64,000 bases of DNA from Candidatus Hydrogenedentota bacterium (GTDB taxonomy: Bacteria; Hydrogenedentota; Hydrogenedentia; Hydrogenedentales; SLHB01). The translations under genes and the position numbers were made by a program. Where the stretch lies: contig CAXXTH010000023.1 in the NCBI GenBank assembly GCA_963668025.2, positions 128,001-192,000 on the forward strand, written 5' to 3'. This document shows, in pieces, positions 8,695 through 17,328 of this stretch. Position 1 is the first letter of the stretch. Every line of letters begins with the position of its first letter. The notes below the pieces were generated by a model. That model saw only the letters and a list, made by a program, of their open reading frames with translations, searched no databases and had not been told where the DNA came from.

Positions 8695-11319
8695 GTGAAA
8701 AGTGATGACATCCGTTCGCAGTATCTCGAGTTCTTCCGCCAGCGCGGCCATGTGGTCGAACGCAGCGACAAGATAGTTCCGAGCAATGACCCGACGCTGT
8801 TGTTCTCCAGTGCGGGGATGGTGCAGTTCAAGCCGTATTATACGGGCCAGGTGCCCGTGCCCTACCGCCGCGCCACGACCTCGCAGAAATGCCTGCGGGC
8901 GGGCGGAAAGGCGAATGATCTGGATGAAGTGGGCAAAACCTCGCGGCACCTGACGTTTTTCGAGATGCTGGGCAATTTCTCGTTCGGCGATTACTTCAAA
9001 CGCGAGGCCATCACGTGGGCGTGGGAATTCAGCACGCGGGTGATCGGCTTCAAGCCCGAGCAAATCTGGGTGTCCGTGTTTACGGATGACGACGAAGCCC
9101 ATGATATTTGGGCGAAAGAGATCGGCGTTTCTGAGTCGCGCATTGTGCGCATGGGCGTGAAAGACAATTTCTGGGGCCCGGCGGGCGATACGGGGGCGTG
9201 CGGCCCTTGTTCGGAATTGCATCTCGACCGGGGCGCGCACATTGATCCGAACGGCACGCTCGAAGAGAATGACAAAGAGCGCTTTATTGAGTTTTGGAAT
9301 TTGGTGTTTCCGCAATTCGACCAACAGGCCGATGGCTCGCGCCCGCCCCTCAAGAATCGCGGCATCGACACCGGCATGGGCCTTGAACGCATGGCGGCGC
9401 TCCTGCAAGGCGTCGATACGGTATTTGATACGGACGGGATTTTCCCCATTATCGAGGCGACGCAGGCCCTTTCCAAAATACCCTACAAGAAAAATCCCGT
9501 GCCGTACCGAGTCATTGCCGACCATGTGCGGTCCCTGTCCTTCATGATTGCAGACGGCGTGCTGCCCGCCAATGACGGCCGGGGCTATGTCGAGCGGCGC
9601 TTGCTGCGCCGGGCGGCGCGGTTTGGCCGTGAGATCGGACTCGAAAAGCCGTTCCTGCACCAAGTGTGCGCGACGGTGGTCGAATTGATGGGCCACCATT
9701 ATCCCGAATTGTGCGAGCGCCAGCATCAGATTGAAAAGATCGTCCTCACGGAGGAGCAGCGGTTCCAAAGCACCTTGGCGCGCGGCATGGATCTGCTCGA
9801 AGAGATTTTCACCAAGATGGGCGGCGGGAAGACCGTTCCCGGCGAAGAATTGTTCCGCCTTCACGACACCTTTGGCTTCCCTCTCGATTTGGCTACGGAC
9901 ATCGCCGAGGATCGCGGCCTGGCGGTGGACCGGGAAGGATTCCAGGCGGCCATGACGCGCCAGCGCGAGAAGGCTCGAAGCGCCTGGGCGGGTTCGGGTG
10001 AATCGGGCATCGCGCCGGTCTACGGTGTTGTGCGCGGCGAAGTGGGCGATACCGAGTTTGTGGGGTACGACGCCTTGAACGCCGAATCGCGCATCGCGGC
10101 GATTATTCGCAACGGCCAGCGGGTTGGCAAGCTGGCGGAAGGCGAAGAAGGTGAGATCGTCCTCGATAAGACGCCGTTCTACGCCGAGTCTGGCGGACAA
10201 GTAGGCGATGTAGGCACGTTTGAATCCAAAGACGGCTGCGCCCATATCTCCGTCGCAAAAAAATTCGCGGGCAAGATGGTGATTCATCTCGCCCGTATCA
10301 CCACCGGCGCGCTCCAAGTGGGTGATGCCATCGAAGCCCAAGTGGACACGGCGGCCCGCGAGGCTACGCAGGGCCATCATACGGCGACCCACCTGCTCCA
10401 GGCGGCGCTCCAGGATATCCTGGGCGATCATGTGCAGCAGGCAGGCTCGCATGTCGGGCCGGACCGGCTCCGTTTCGATTTCACCCATTTCGAGGGCGTG
10501 GACGCGGAACGCTTGCGCGATATCGAGCGCATGGTGAACCAGTTCATCCGCACGGATTCCCCGGTGGATATTGAAAGCATGCCGCTGGATAAGGCCCGCG
10601 AGGCGGGCGCGATGGCGCTGTTCGGTGAGAAATACGAGGATGTGGTGCGCGTCGTGAAAGTCGATGGCATCAGCATGGAGCTGTGCGGCGGCACGCATGT
10701 GGCGCGCACCGGCGTGATCGGCTATTTCACGGTTTTGAGCGAGTCGTCCATTTCGGCGGGCGTGCGGCGCATCGAGGCGGTGTGCGGCGAATCCGCAGTG
10801 GACGCCGTGCAGGAACGCGAACGGCGTCTAACAGCGGCGGCGCGGCTGATGAACGCAAGCCCGGATGATATCGAGGCGCGCGTGCAAGCCATGCAGGACG
10901 AGCTCAAGCGCCTGAACCGGGAAGTCGCTAAATGGAAACAGGCCGCCGCCACCGGCGGTTCGGTGGATTATATGTCCAAAGTGGTGGACCTCGAAGGCGT
11001 GAAGCTGCTGGCCTGTGAAGTGGATGGCCAGGACGCGGCGGGGCTGCGCATGGTCATGGACAACCTGCGCGATAAGCTAGGTTCAGGCGTACTGGTGCTG
11101 GGCAGCGCCGCCGAGGGGAAAGTCTCGTTGTGCGCCGCCGTATCGAAAGACCTCGTCGGCCGGGTGCATGCGGGTAATATCGTCAAGCAACTGGCGCCCA
11201 TCGTGGGCGGCGGCGGCGGCGGTAAACCCGACATGGCGCAAGCGGGTGGCAAGCTCCCCGATAAGTTGAGCGAAGCCATCGCCCAGGTGGAAGTGGTCGT
11301 GCGGGGGATGCTGGCGTAA
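8695..11319 (+). CDS. alaS: Alanine--tRNA ligase
   Basis: DPTLLF..AGMVQFK, RHLTFFEMLGNFSFGDYFK, IDTGMGLER, editing motifs HTATHLL and ELCGGTHV, C-terminal GGGGGKPDMAQAGG. Confidence 0.99.
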   Translation: MKSDDIRSQYLEFFRQRGHVVERSDKIVPSNDPTLLFSSAGMVQFKPYYTGQVPVPYRRATTSQKCLRAGGKANDLDEVGKTSRHLTFFEMLGNFSFGDYFKREAITWAWEFSTRVIGFKPEQIWVSVFTDDDEAHDIWAKEIGVSESRIVRMGVKDNFWGPAGDTGACGPCSELHLDRGAHIDPNGTLEENDKERFIEFWNLVFPQFDQQADGSRPPLKNRGIDTGMGLERMAALLQGVDTVFDTDGIFPIIEATQALSKIPYKKNPVPYRVIADHVRSLSFMIADGVLPANDGRGYVERRLLRRAARFGREIGLEKPFLHQVCATVVELMGHHYPELCERQHQIEKIVLTEEQRFQSTLARGMDLLEEIFTKMGGGKTVPGEELFRLHDTFGFPLDLATDIAEDRGLAVDREGFQAAMTRQREKARSAWAGSGESGIAPVYGVVRGEVGDTEFVGYDALNAESRIAAIIRNGQRVGKLAEGEEGEIVLDKTPFYAESGGQVGDVGTFESKDGCAHISVAKKFAGKMVIHLARITTGALQVGDAIEAQVDTAAREATQGHHTATHLLQAALQDILGDHVQQAGSHVGPDRLRFDFTHFEGVDAERLRDIERMVNQFIRTDSPVDIESMPLDKAREAGAMALFGEKYEDVVRVVKVDGISMELCGGTHVARTGVIGYFTVLSESSISAGVRRIEAVCGESAVDAVQERERRLTAAARLMNASPDDIEARVQAMQDELKRLNREVAKWKQAAATGGSVDYMSKVVDLEGVKLLACEVDGQDAAGLRMVMDNLRDKLGSGVLVLGSAAEGKVSLCAAVSKDLVGRVHAGNIVKQLAPIVGGGGGGKPDMAQAGGKLPDKLSEAIAQVEVVVRGMLA

Positions 11320-11348
11320 CACAAAAATAGAGGCGTCTCGCCTGTGCC

Positions 11349-11502
11349 TTTTTTTAGACATGATTTACAAGATGAACAAGATTTTTTAGATTGGATTTAT
11401 TATGCGAAAGAATCCATGTCTAAAATAAAGAAAACAATGTATGAACTAATGAGAATGCTATGAAAAATCGTTGCTATCATCTTGTAAATCATGCCCAAAA
11501 AA
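11349..11502. repeat. Palindromic repeat copy 1 (left flank of GxxExxY gene)
   Basis: Begins TTTTTTTAGACAT-GATTTACAA-GATGAACAA-GATTTTT and ends ATCATCTTGTAAATCATGCCCAAAA (inverted to the start); direct copy at 11913-12076. Confidence 0.9.
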
Positions 11503-11518
11503 GTAGGGATGCGGAACG

Positions 11519-11905
11519 ATGGAAGTAAACGAATTGACCAAGCTGGTTATTGGTTCCGCCTACACGGTCCATAATGTTCTGGGTTCCGGTTTTTTAGAGA
11601 AAGTGTACGAAAATGCGCTGTTGATCGAGTTGTTGGAGATAGGGTTGTCGGCGAAGCAGCAGGCAGAAATACCGGTTTACTATCGAGGGAAGAACGTAGG
11701 AGATTTTGTGGCGGATCTGATTGTTGAGGATAGGCTTATTATCGAGTTGAAAGCCGTGCAATCCCTTGCCAAAGAGCATGAAGTCCAACTAGTCAATTAT
11801 CTGAACGCGACGGAAATAGAGAATGGGTTGCTCATTAATTTTGGATCTTCCGTCACGGTGAAACGAAAATTCCGCCGATATGAATCCGCGGAAGATATTC
11901 TATAA
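11519..11905 (+). CDS. GxxExxY protein (PD-(D/E)XK-type nuclease fold)
   Basis: LGSGFLEKVYENAL signature, ADLIVE, IIELKA, QLVNYL and GLLINFG; 128 aa; lower GC than flanking genes. Confidence 0.95.
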   Translation: MEVNELTKLVIGSAYTVHNVLGSGFLEKVYENALLIELLEIGLSAKQQAEIPVYYRGKNVGDFVADLIVEDRLIIELKAVQSLAKEHEVQLVNYLNATEIENGLLINFGSSVTVKRKFRRYESAEDIL

Positions 11906-11912
11906 GGTGCTG

Positions 11913-12076
11913 TTTTTTTAGACATGATATACAAGATGGACAAGATTTTTATTGATTGGGTTTACAATAGAAATAAATGAATGACATAAATAAAACACAT
12001 GAGAATGAGTGAACTTATGAGAATGCTATTAAAAATCTTCGTTATCATCTTGTAAATCTTGTTAATCATGTCTAAA
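11913..12076. repeat. Palindromic repeat copy 2 (right flank of GxxExxY gene)
   Basis: Begins TTTTTTTAGACAT-GATATACAA-GATGGACAA-GATTTTT (36/38 identical to copy 1) and ends ATCATCTTGTAAATCTTGTTAATCATGTCTAAA. Confidence 0.9.
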
Positions 12077-12112
12077 TAAAGCATGTGGGGAAACAACATC
12101 AGGATACGCTTT

Positions 12113-12556
12113 ATGTTGGAAGGCCGGATGATCGGGTTAGATATAGGCGATGTGCGGATCGGCGTCGCCGTGAGCGATGGACTGGGCATCACGGCCCAGC
12201 CGCGCGAAGTGATCGCCGTGTCCACGCCCGAGAAGGATATCGCGGTCATCCGGGCCATTATCGAGGAGACGCGCGCCGTGCGCATCGTAGCGGGCTTGCC
12301 GCTTGACCGCGAAGGCAAGGCGGGGCATCAGGCGCAGAAAGTGCTTGGTTTTCTGGATCAGTTGCGCGCCACCATTGAAATTCCCATTGTAATGCAGGAT
12401 GAACGTTTCACGACGGCCTCCGTACAGCGCAGCATGATCGCCGCCGATGTGAGCCGCAAGAAGCGCAAGCAAATAGTGGATAAGCTGGCGGCGCAGCAGA
12501 TTCTACAAGCGTATCTGGACCGGCAGGCCCACGAGCGGAAATACCCTTCGACATGA
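12113..12556 (+). CDS. ruvX: YqgF/RuvX family nuclease
   Basis: IGLDIGDVRIGVAVSD, GLP, QDERFTT and VDKLAAQQILQAYLD; conserved alaS-ruvX-mltG order; ORF open from 12083. Confidence 0.95.
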   Translation: MLEGRMIGLDIGDVRIGVAVSDGLGITAQPREVIAVSTPEKDIAVIRAIIEETRAVRIVAGLPLDREGKAGHQAQKVLGFLDQLRATIEIPIVMQDERFTTASVQRSMIAADVSRKKRKQIVDKLAAQQILQAYLDRQAHERKYPST

Positions 12557-13695
12557 GCAGCGAACACGGCGAGGTGATATTCGGAACGGACGAAGAAAAG
12601 CCCAAGCGTTCCCGCGCCGGATGTTGTCTTCGGGTATTGATTCGCACGGCGCTTGCCTTGCTGGCAATTGCAGCGCTGGCGGCTGCGGGTGTGGGCGTGC
12701 TCGGATATCTGGCCTACGACCGCATCACTGGCACGGGCGCACCAGGTGAAAAGGTGCATGTTGAGATTCCCGAAGGGGCCACGGGCCGTAGCGCGGGACA
12801 GATACTATCCAGCGCGGGCCTCATCGAACACGAATTCATGCTGCGCGGCGCGATGCATCTCGATAAAACAGGCAAGACCATCAAGCATGGCGCATACGAG
12901 CTGCCCAAGGGGCTGTCAGCCATGCAATATCTCGAATTGCTGGACAAGGGGCCAAACGCCGTCTTTGATGCGGGGGGAATTCCGCCGGAACGCCGGTTGA
13001 CTGTTCCCGAGGGCCTCAGCATCAACCAGATGGCCGCCCTCTTCGATGACCCCGAGGCGTTCAAGGAAGCTGCCGCTGATCCAGGCCTCCGCACACGCAT
13101 GGGCGTCCGCGCGGCTACCCTCGAAGGCTTTCTGATGCCGGACACGTATTATTTTGATCAGAAGCCCACGCCGCGCGAGGCCGTCGAGCGCATGGCGTCG
13201 CAGTTCGAACGCGAATTCGCGGAACTGCTTGCTTTGTATCCTCTGCCCGCGGATTATGACCGCGACGCGGTGGTGGCGGTGGCGTCGCTGGTGGAGGAAG
13301 AGGCCAAAGTGGATGAAGAACGTCCGCTGGTGGCGGCGGTCATTTATAATCGATTGAAAAAGGGGATTCCTTTGGGCATGGATTCCACCCTCCAATTTTC
13401 GCTGAACAAATACGGCCAGCGCATGCTCGATGCCGATAAGGAAGTGGATTCGCCTTACAATACGTATAAGAACGCGGGCTTGCCGCCAGGGCCCATATGC
13501 AGCCCTGGCCTTGCCGCCTTGCGCGCCGCGCTCGATCCCGCCCGTGAGAATTACTTATACTTCGTATCGAATGCGGATGGGCGCACGCATACCTTTAGCA
13601 AGACGCTAGAGGAGCATAACCGCGCCGTATCGCGTTTCCGTAAAGAAATTCGGGTGCAGCGGCGGCAGCTTAAGCAGGATACCGATGGCAATTGA
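12553..13695 (+). CDS. mltG: Endolytic transglycosylase
   Basis: N-terminal TM helix, LEGFLMPDTY, VASLVEEEA, SPYNTYKNAGLPPGPICSPG and YLYFV motifs. Confidence 0.96.
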   Translation: MSSEHGEVIFGTDEEKPKRSRAGCCLRVLIRTALALLAIAALAAAGVGVLGYLAYDRITGTGAPGEKVHVEIPEGATGRSAGQILSSAGLIEHEFMLRGAMHLDKTGKTIKHGAYELPKGLSAMQYLELLDKGPNAVFDAGGIPPERRLTVPEGLSINQMAALFDDPEAFKEAAADPGLRTRMGVRAATLEGFLMPDTYYFDQKPTPREAVERMASQFEREFAELLALYPLPADYDRDAVVAVASLVEEEAKVDEERPLVAAVIYNRLKKGIPLGMDSTLQFSLNKYGQRMLDADKEVDSPYNTYKNAGLPPGPICSPGLAALRAALDPARENYLYFVSNADGRTHTFSKTLEEHNRAVSRFRKEIRVQRRQLKQDTDGN

Positions 13696-14491
13696 GCGTA
13701 CACATCACCAGCCCATAGCGCCACGGGAGCGCATTCTTGTGGCGGCGGCCCATGAGCCTGAGCGGGAATTGCGCCTGGCGGAAGCATACGGCACGGGCGT
13801 GGAAATCCAGTATTTTTCATTTCCCCAGACACTTGCGGGTGATTTCGAGCCCGCCCTTTCCCAGTTAGCGGAACGCCTCAATGATTTTCCAGGCCGGATA
13901 GGCGCGCATGGCGCGTTTATCGACACCTGCCATTTCAGCGCCGACCCTGAGGTCCGGCGCGTGGCGCGCATGCGATATATCCAGTCGCTCGATATTGCAG
14001 AACGCCTCGGTGCGCGTTACGTGGTTTTCCACAGCCAATACAATCCCGTGATCAAGGTCGCCGCATATCCACAAATCTATCTCGATGGCAGCCTCGAATT
14101 CTGGCCGCCCATGATTGAAGAGGCCTCGAGGCGCGGCATCGTCCTCTATATGGAGAATATGTTCGATCACTCGCCCGAGCCGCTGCGGCGGCTCATGGAG
14201 CGATTGCACGGGCCGTATTTCCGCGTCTGTATCGATATCGCGCATGTTGCGGTGTTTTCGAGCCTGGATTTTTCGGGCTGGATAGACGAGTTGCAGCCCT
14301 ACTTGGCCCATGTCCACATGAACGATTGCGATGGCGAATTGGATGATCATCTCGGCCTTGGCCGGGGCAAGCTGGATCTGCCGCAGGCTTTCCAATTGCT
14401 GCGCGCCGCCAACTCTGAACTGACCTATACACTCGAAACCAGCCGTGATACGGACGCGAGCATGGCCTATATCGGCCTTGAACCTCTATAA
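13685..14491 (+). CDS. Sugar phosphate isomerase/epimerase family TIM-barrel protein
   Basis: GAHGAF, VVFH, YMENM, CIDIAH, HVHMNDCDG..DDHLGLG.G and TLE metal-binding motifs. Confidence 0.85.
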   Translation: MAIERTHHQPIAPRERILVAAAHEPERELRLAEAYGTGVEIQYFSFPQTLAGDFEPALSQLAERLNDFPGRIGAHGAFIDTCHFSADPEVRRVARMRYIQSLDIAERLGARYVVFHSQYNPVIKVAAYPQIYLDGSLEFWPPMIEEASRRGIVLYMENMFDHSPEPLRRLMERLHGPYFRVCIDIAHVAVFSSLDFSGWIDELQPYLAHVHMNDCDGELDDHLGLGRGKLDLPQAFQLLRAANSELTYTLETSRDTDASMAYIGLEPL

Positions 14492-14619
14492 CACCGTTGG
14501 GAAGGATTTGATCCGCCATTCGAGGTTTTCTGCACGCTCGGCGGGGAAAGCCGATGTTTTTTCCGCTTACAAATGCGTGAACCTCGATTTCAAGTCATGT
14601 ACAATGACGTGGGCGTTGC

Positions 14620-14793
14620 CCACAACCAAAGATCCGGATATTTCACCACGAGATACGAAGGACACGAAGTTTTTCTGTAGATGCTGCTCACAATATCATG
14701 GGCTGAATACCGTTTCGAGAGGCAGCCATTGGTTATGATCATACCGTTTTCTGCTTCGTGTTCTTCGTGCTCTTCGTGGTGAAGCTATCCGGA
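14620..14793. repeat. MITE-like element with 9-bp periodic terminal inverted repeats bounded by TCCGGA
   Basis: Left TCCGGATAT-TTCACCAC-GAGATAC-GAAGGACAC-GAAG; right reverse complement TCCGGATAGC-TTCACCAC-GAAGAGCAC-GAAGAACAC-GAAG; preceded by the leader CCACAACCAAAGA. Confidence 0.75.
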
Positions 14794-14826
14794 AATTCTG
14801 ACCACAAATATACACAGCGCAGTAGA

Positions 14827-14883
14827 GCCGTAACCAAAGTGCTTCACTTTTTTACCGCGAATGGACGCGAATGAACGCGAATA
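14827..14883 (+). repeat. Solo arm with 10-bp periodic units
   Basis: GCCGTAACCAAAG leader, then ACCGC-GAATGGACGC-GAATGAACGC-GAAT. Confidence 0.65.
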
Positions 14884-15118
14884 TGTTCTCTGACTTGGGT
14901 TTTGGCCACAATGTAGTATTTGTCGCAGTTTTATCAGTTCCGTCACCAAGGCTAAGCTATTGATTTTAGGAGAATTACAGTCTGCAGGCACTATTGGCGC
15001 CGCAACTTCTTGTTGTTCTTTGCAGCTTCTAAGTTTTAAGGTACTGATATACATGAAATGGAGCAATATTGCTCCTAATGGCGTTGGACTCCTAAAAAAT
15101 AGACTCGCGGGATATCAC

Positions 15119-15754
15119 ATGCTGCATGTGTTTATAAAAGGTATTGGAGCGGGCTTCGCCATAGCGGCCCCGGTGGGGCCCGTGGGTGTTTTGTGTATAC
15201 GGCGGACTCTTGCGCAAGGCCAATGGGTGGGGCTGGCGTCTGGCATGGGGGCCGTTGCCGCCGACACCGCGTATGCGTGCCTGGCGGGCTTTGGCCTGCA
15301 TTACATCCATCAATTGCTGGCGGAGTACGGCCCCTGGCTACAATTGGCGCTAGGTTTAGTATTGCTGGCGGTGGGTATTGACACGTTTTACGCGAAGGCC
15401 CGGAAGAGCGAGCGCCCGGTATCAGATGCAGGCACTATCGTTGGGGCGTTTGCATCGGCTTTCGCCATCACGCTGGCTAATCCCTTCACGTTTTTCGCGT
15501 ATCTTGCCGTATTTTCCGCTTTTCAGTTTGCCGCAGCCCCTGGCGGGATTAGCGAAGCCTTTCTTGTGGCCGCGGGGGCCATGTTAGGTTCCGCAGTGTG
15601 GTGGATTACCCTCGCGATTGCTTCATCTTCTTTTAGCCATTGGTTTCATTCCGGACACCTCGTATGGATTAATAGAATCGCGGGGCTGGTGATAGGCATG
15701 TTCGGCCTCTGGGCGCTGGTGGATTGGGCTGGCCTGCGCCTGTCTGGAAGCTGA
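15119..15754 (+). CDS. LysE family translocator
   Basis: GFAIAAPVGPVGVLCIRRTL, G.GAVAAD..Y and ITLANP motifs; multiple TM helices. Confidence 0.92.
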   Translation: MLHVFIKGIGAGFAIAAPVGPVGVLCIRRTLAQGQWVGLASGMGAVAADTAYACLAGFGLHYIHQLLAEYGPWLQLALGLVLLAVGIDTFYAKARKSERPVSDAGTIVGAFASAFAITLANPFTFFAYLAVFSAFQFAAAPGGISEAFLVAAGAMLGSAVWWITLAIASSSFSHWFHSGHLVWINRIAGLVIGMFGLWALVDWAGLRLSGS

Positions 15755-15775
15755 GAACGCCAGGAGAAGCGAAAC

Positions 15776-16117
15776 ATGAAATGTTGCCACAATTGCGGGC
15801 ATCCTTGGGAAAGCGCCAAGAATCAGCCTGCCGTGAAAGACTTCTGTGAGCAGTGTTCGGCGTATCTCCATTGCTGCCTCAACTGCCGTTTCCGTGATCC
15901 CGCGAAACACAACGAATGTGCGATACCTAACACCGACTGGGTGGGTGATCGAGCTGGGGCGAATTTCTGCGACGAGTTCGATTTCAAGCATATGCATGAG
16001 GAACAAGGAAAAGCCGACGCGGAAACGAAAGCGAAGGGCCAATTTGACCGGCTCTTTGGAGAGTCTAGCGCCGGTGGCGGAAATCCGAAGAGTTTTGATG
16101 ACCTTTTTAAGAATTAA
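15776..16117 (+). CDS. Small cysteine-rich (putative zinc-binding) hypothetical protein
   Basis: CHNCG...CEQC...LHCCLNCRF...C......V.DR...NFCDEF pattern; AGGAG RBS. Confidence 0.75.
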   Translation: MKCCHNCGHPWESAKNQPAVKDFCEQCSAYLHCCLNCRFRDPAKHNECAIPNTDWVGDRAGANFCDEFDFKHMHEEQGKADAETKAKGQFDRLFGESSAGGGNPKSFDDLFKN

Positions 16118-16146
16118 CCTGCAAGTGTCCTTGGCGAGGCGCAGCG

Positions 16147-17328
16147 TTGCGTATCATTTTTCATGAACCCCTATGCGCGGGCGTCGTGCATGCGCCTTTC
16201 AACGCGGCCCTGGTGCGTACGGCGTTGGCGGCATGGCCCGAAGATCAGGGTTTGTTCCTGGGCGAGCCGGGCCATATCGCCCATGTGCGCGGGTTATTCG
16301 AGCGCCATTGGCCGGAAGAAGCGTCCCGGATGCAATGGCAGGCCGCGCCTATTCGGCCCGAAAGCGGCGGCTGGCGCATCATGCGTGCGGAATGGGCAGG
16401 ATACCGGCGCACACTCGATGAGGCGGCGGCCCCTGGCGTACGCTGCCTGCTCCTTTGCGCCGCATCCGGTTCGAGCCTGCTGCCGTTAAAAATGCTGATG
16501 CATGCCCGGCGCACGAATACGCCGGTCGTGGCGGTGTTGCACGGCGTGCTGGGATATCTGGCCGAACCCTCGCCAAAAACGCCTTGGCGCTGGGCCTTGA
16601 GCTTGCGGCAAACCTTGCGCATTCCCCATCCCAAAGCCTTGCGCTATATCGCCTTGGGGCTATCCATCCATGCCCGCTTGGCGGAGGTTGTTCCCTGGGC
16701 CTCGCCGTGGTTTGATTCGATGGACCATCCCTATTTTTGGGAGGCCTTGGAGCCTGCATCGCCGCCGGACAATGCCCCTGTATGCTTTGGCTTTTTAGGT
16801 GTCACAGACCGGCAAAAAGGCTTCGACGCCTTCATTCGCCTGGCCAGGGATGTGCGCGCGCAGATTGCTGAAGCGCGCTTCTTGCTCGTGGGACATCTGG
16901 GCGCGGGAAATATTCCAGCGGATGCTGAATCGTTGATCGAGGGAGTGGGCCGGGAGCCATTGCCGCCCGCAGCGTATGCCTCCCGGGCGCGGGAAACGGC
17001 GTATGCGGTGTGGACTGGTAATCCGGCGTTCTACCAGCTCACCGCCAGCGCCTCGTTTCTCGACGCGCTTTCATTCCTCAAGCCGGTGATTTGCCTGCGC
17101 AATCCGTACGCCGGGCATTATTTCGAGCGCATGGGGGATATCGGTTATCTGTGCGATACATACGAGGACGTGCGCCGTACGATGGAATCCGTGGCAAGCG
17201 CGTTTCCATCCGTGCGCTACCGCCAGCAACAACTAAACATGCTGGCAGGGCGCAAGTTGCTTGAGCCGGAGCGGGTGGCTGCCCAATTGCGTGCGAGCGT
17301 GGAACGAAACATGCCGCATCCGCACTAA
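16147..17328 (+). CDS. Glycosyltransferase (GT-B, GT4-like)
   Basis: FGFLG....QKGFDAFI and Y.LTASASFLDALSFLKPVI motifs; TTG start. Confidence 0.75.
   Translation: MRIIFHEPLCAGVVHAPFNAALVRTALAAWPEDQGLFLGEPGHIAHVRGLFERHWPEEASRMQWQAAPIRPESGGWRIMRAEWAGYRRTLDEAAAPGVRCLLLCAASGSSLLPLKMLMHARRTNTPVVAVLHGVLGYLAEPSPKTPWRWALSLRQTLRIPHPKALRYIALGLSIHARLAEVVPWASPWFDSMDHPYFWEALEPASPPDNAPVCFGFLGVTDRQKGFDAFIRLARDVRAQIAEARFLLVGHLGAGNIPADAESLIEGVGREPLPPAAYASRARETAYAVWTGNPAFYQLTASASFLDALSFLKPVICLRNPYAGHYFERMGDIGYLCDTYEDVRRTMESVASAFPSVRYRQQQLNMLAGRKLLEPERVAAQLRASVERNMPHPH

Noticed and set aside
8623-10698. 691-aa minus-strand ORF
   Set aside because: Antisense shadow of alaS, expected in GC-rich coding DNA; no recognisable motifs.
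11349-12076. Repeats around GxxExxY, and the other periodic repeats, as a CRISPR array
   Set aside because: Only two long copies; no regular repeat-spacer pattern of constant length and no cas genes.
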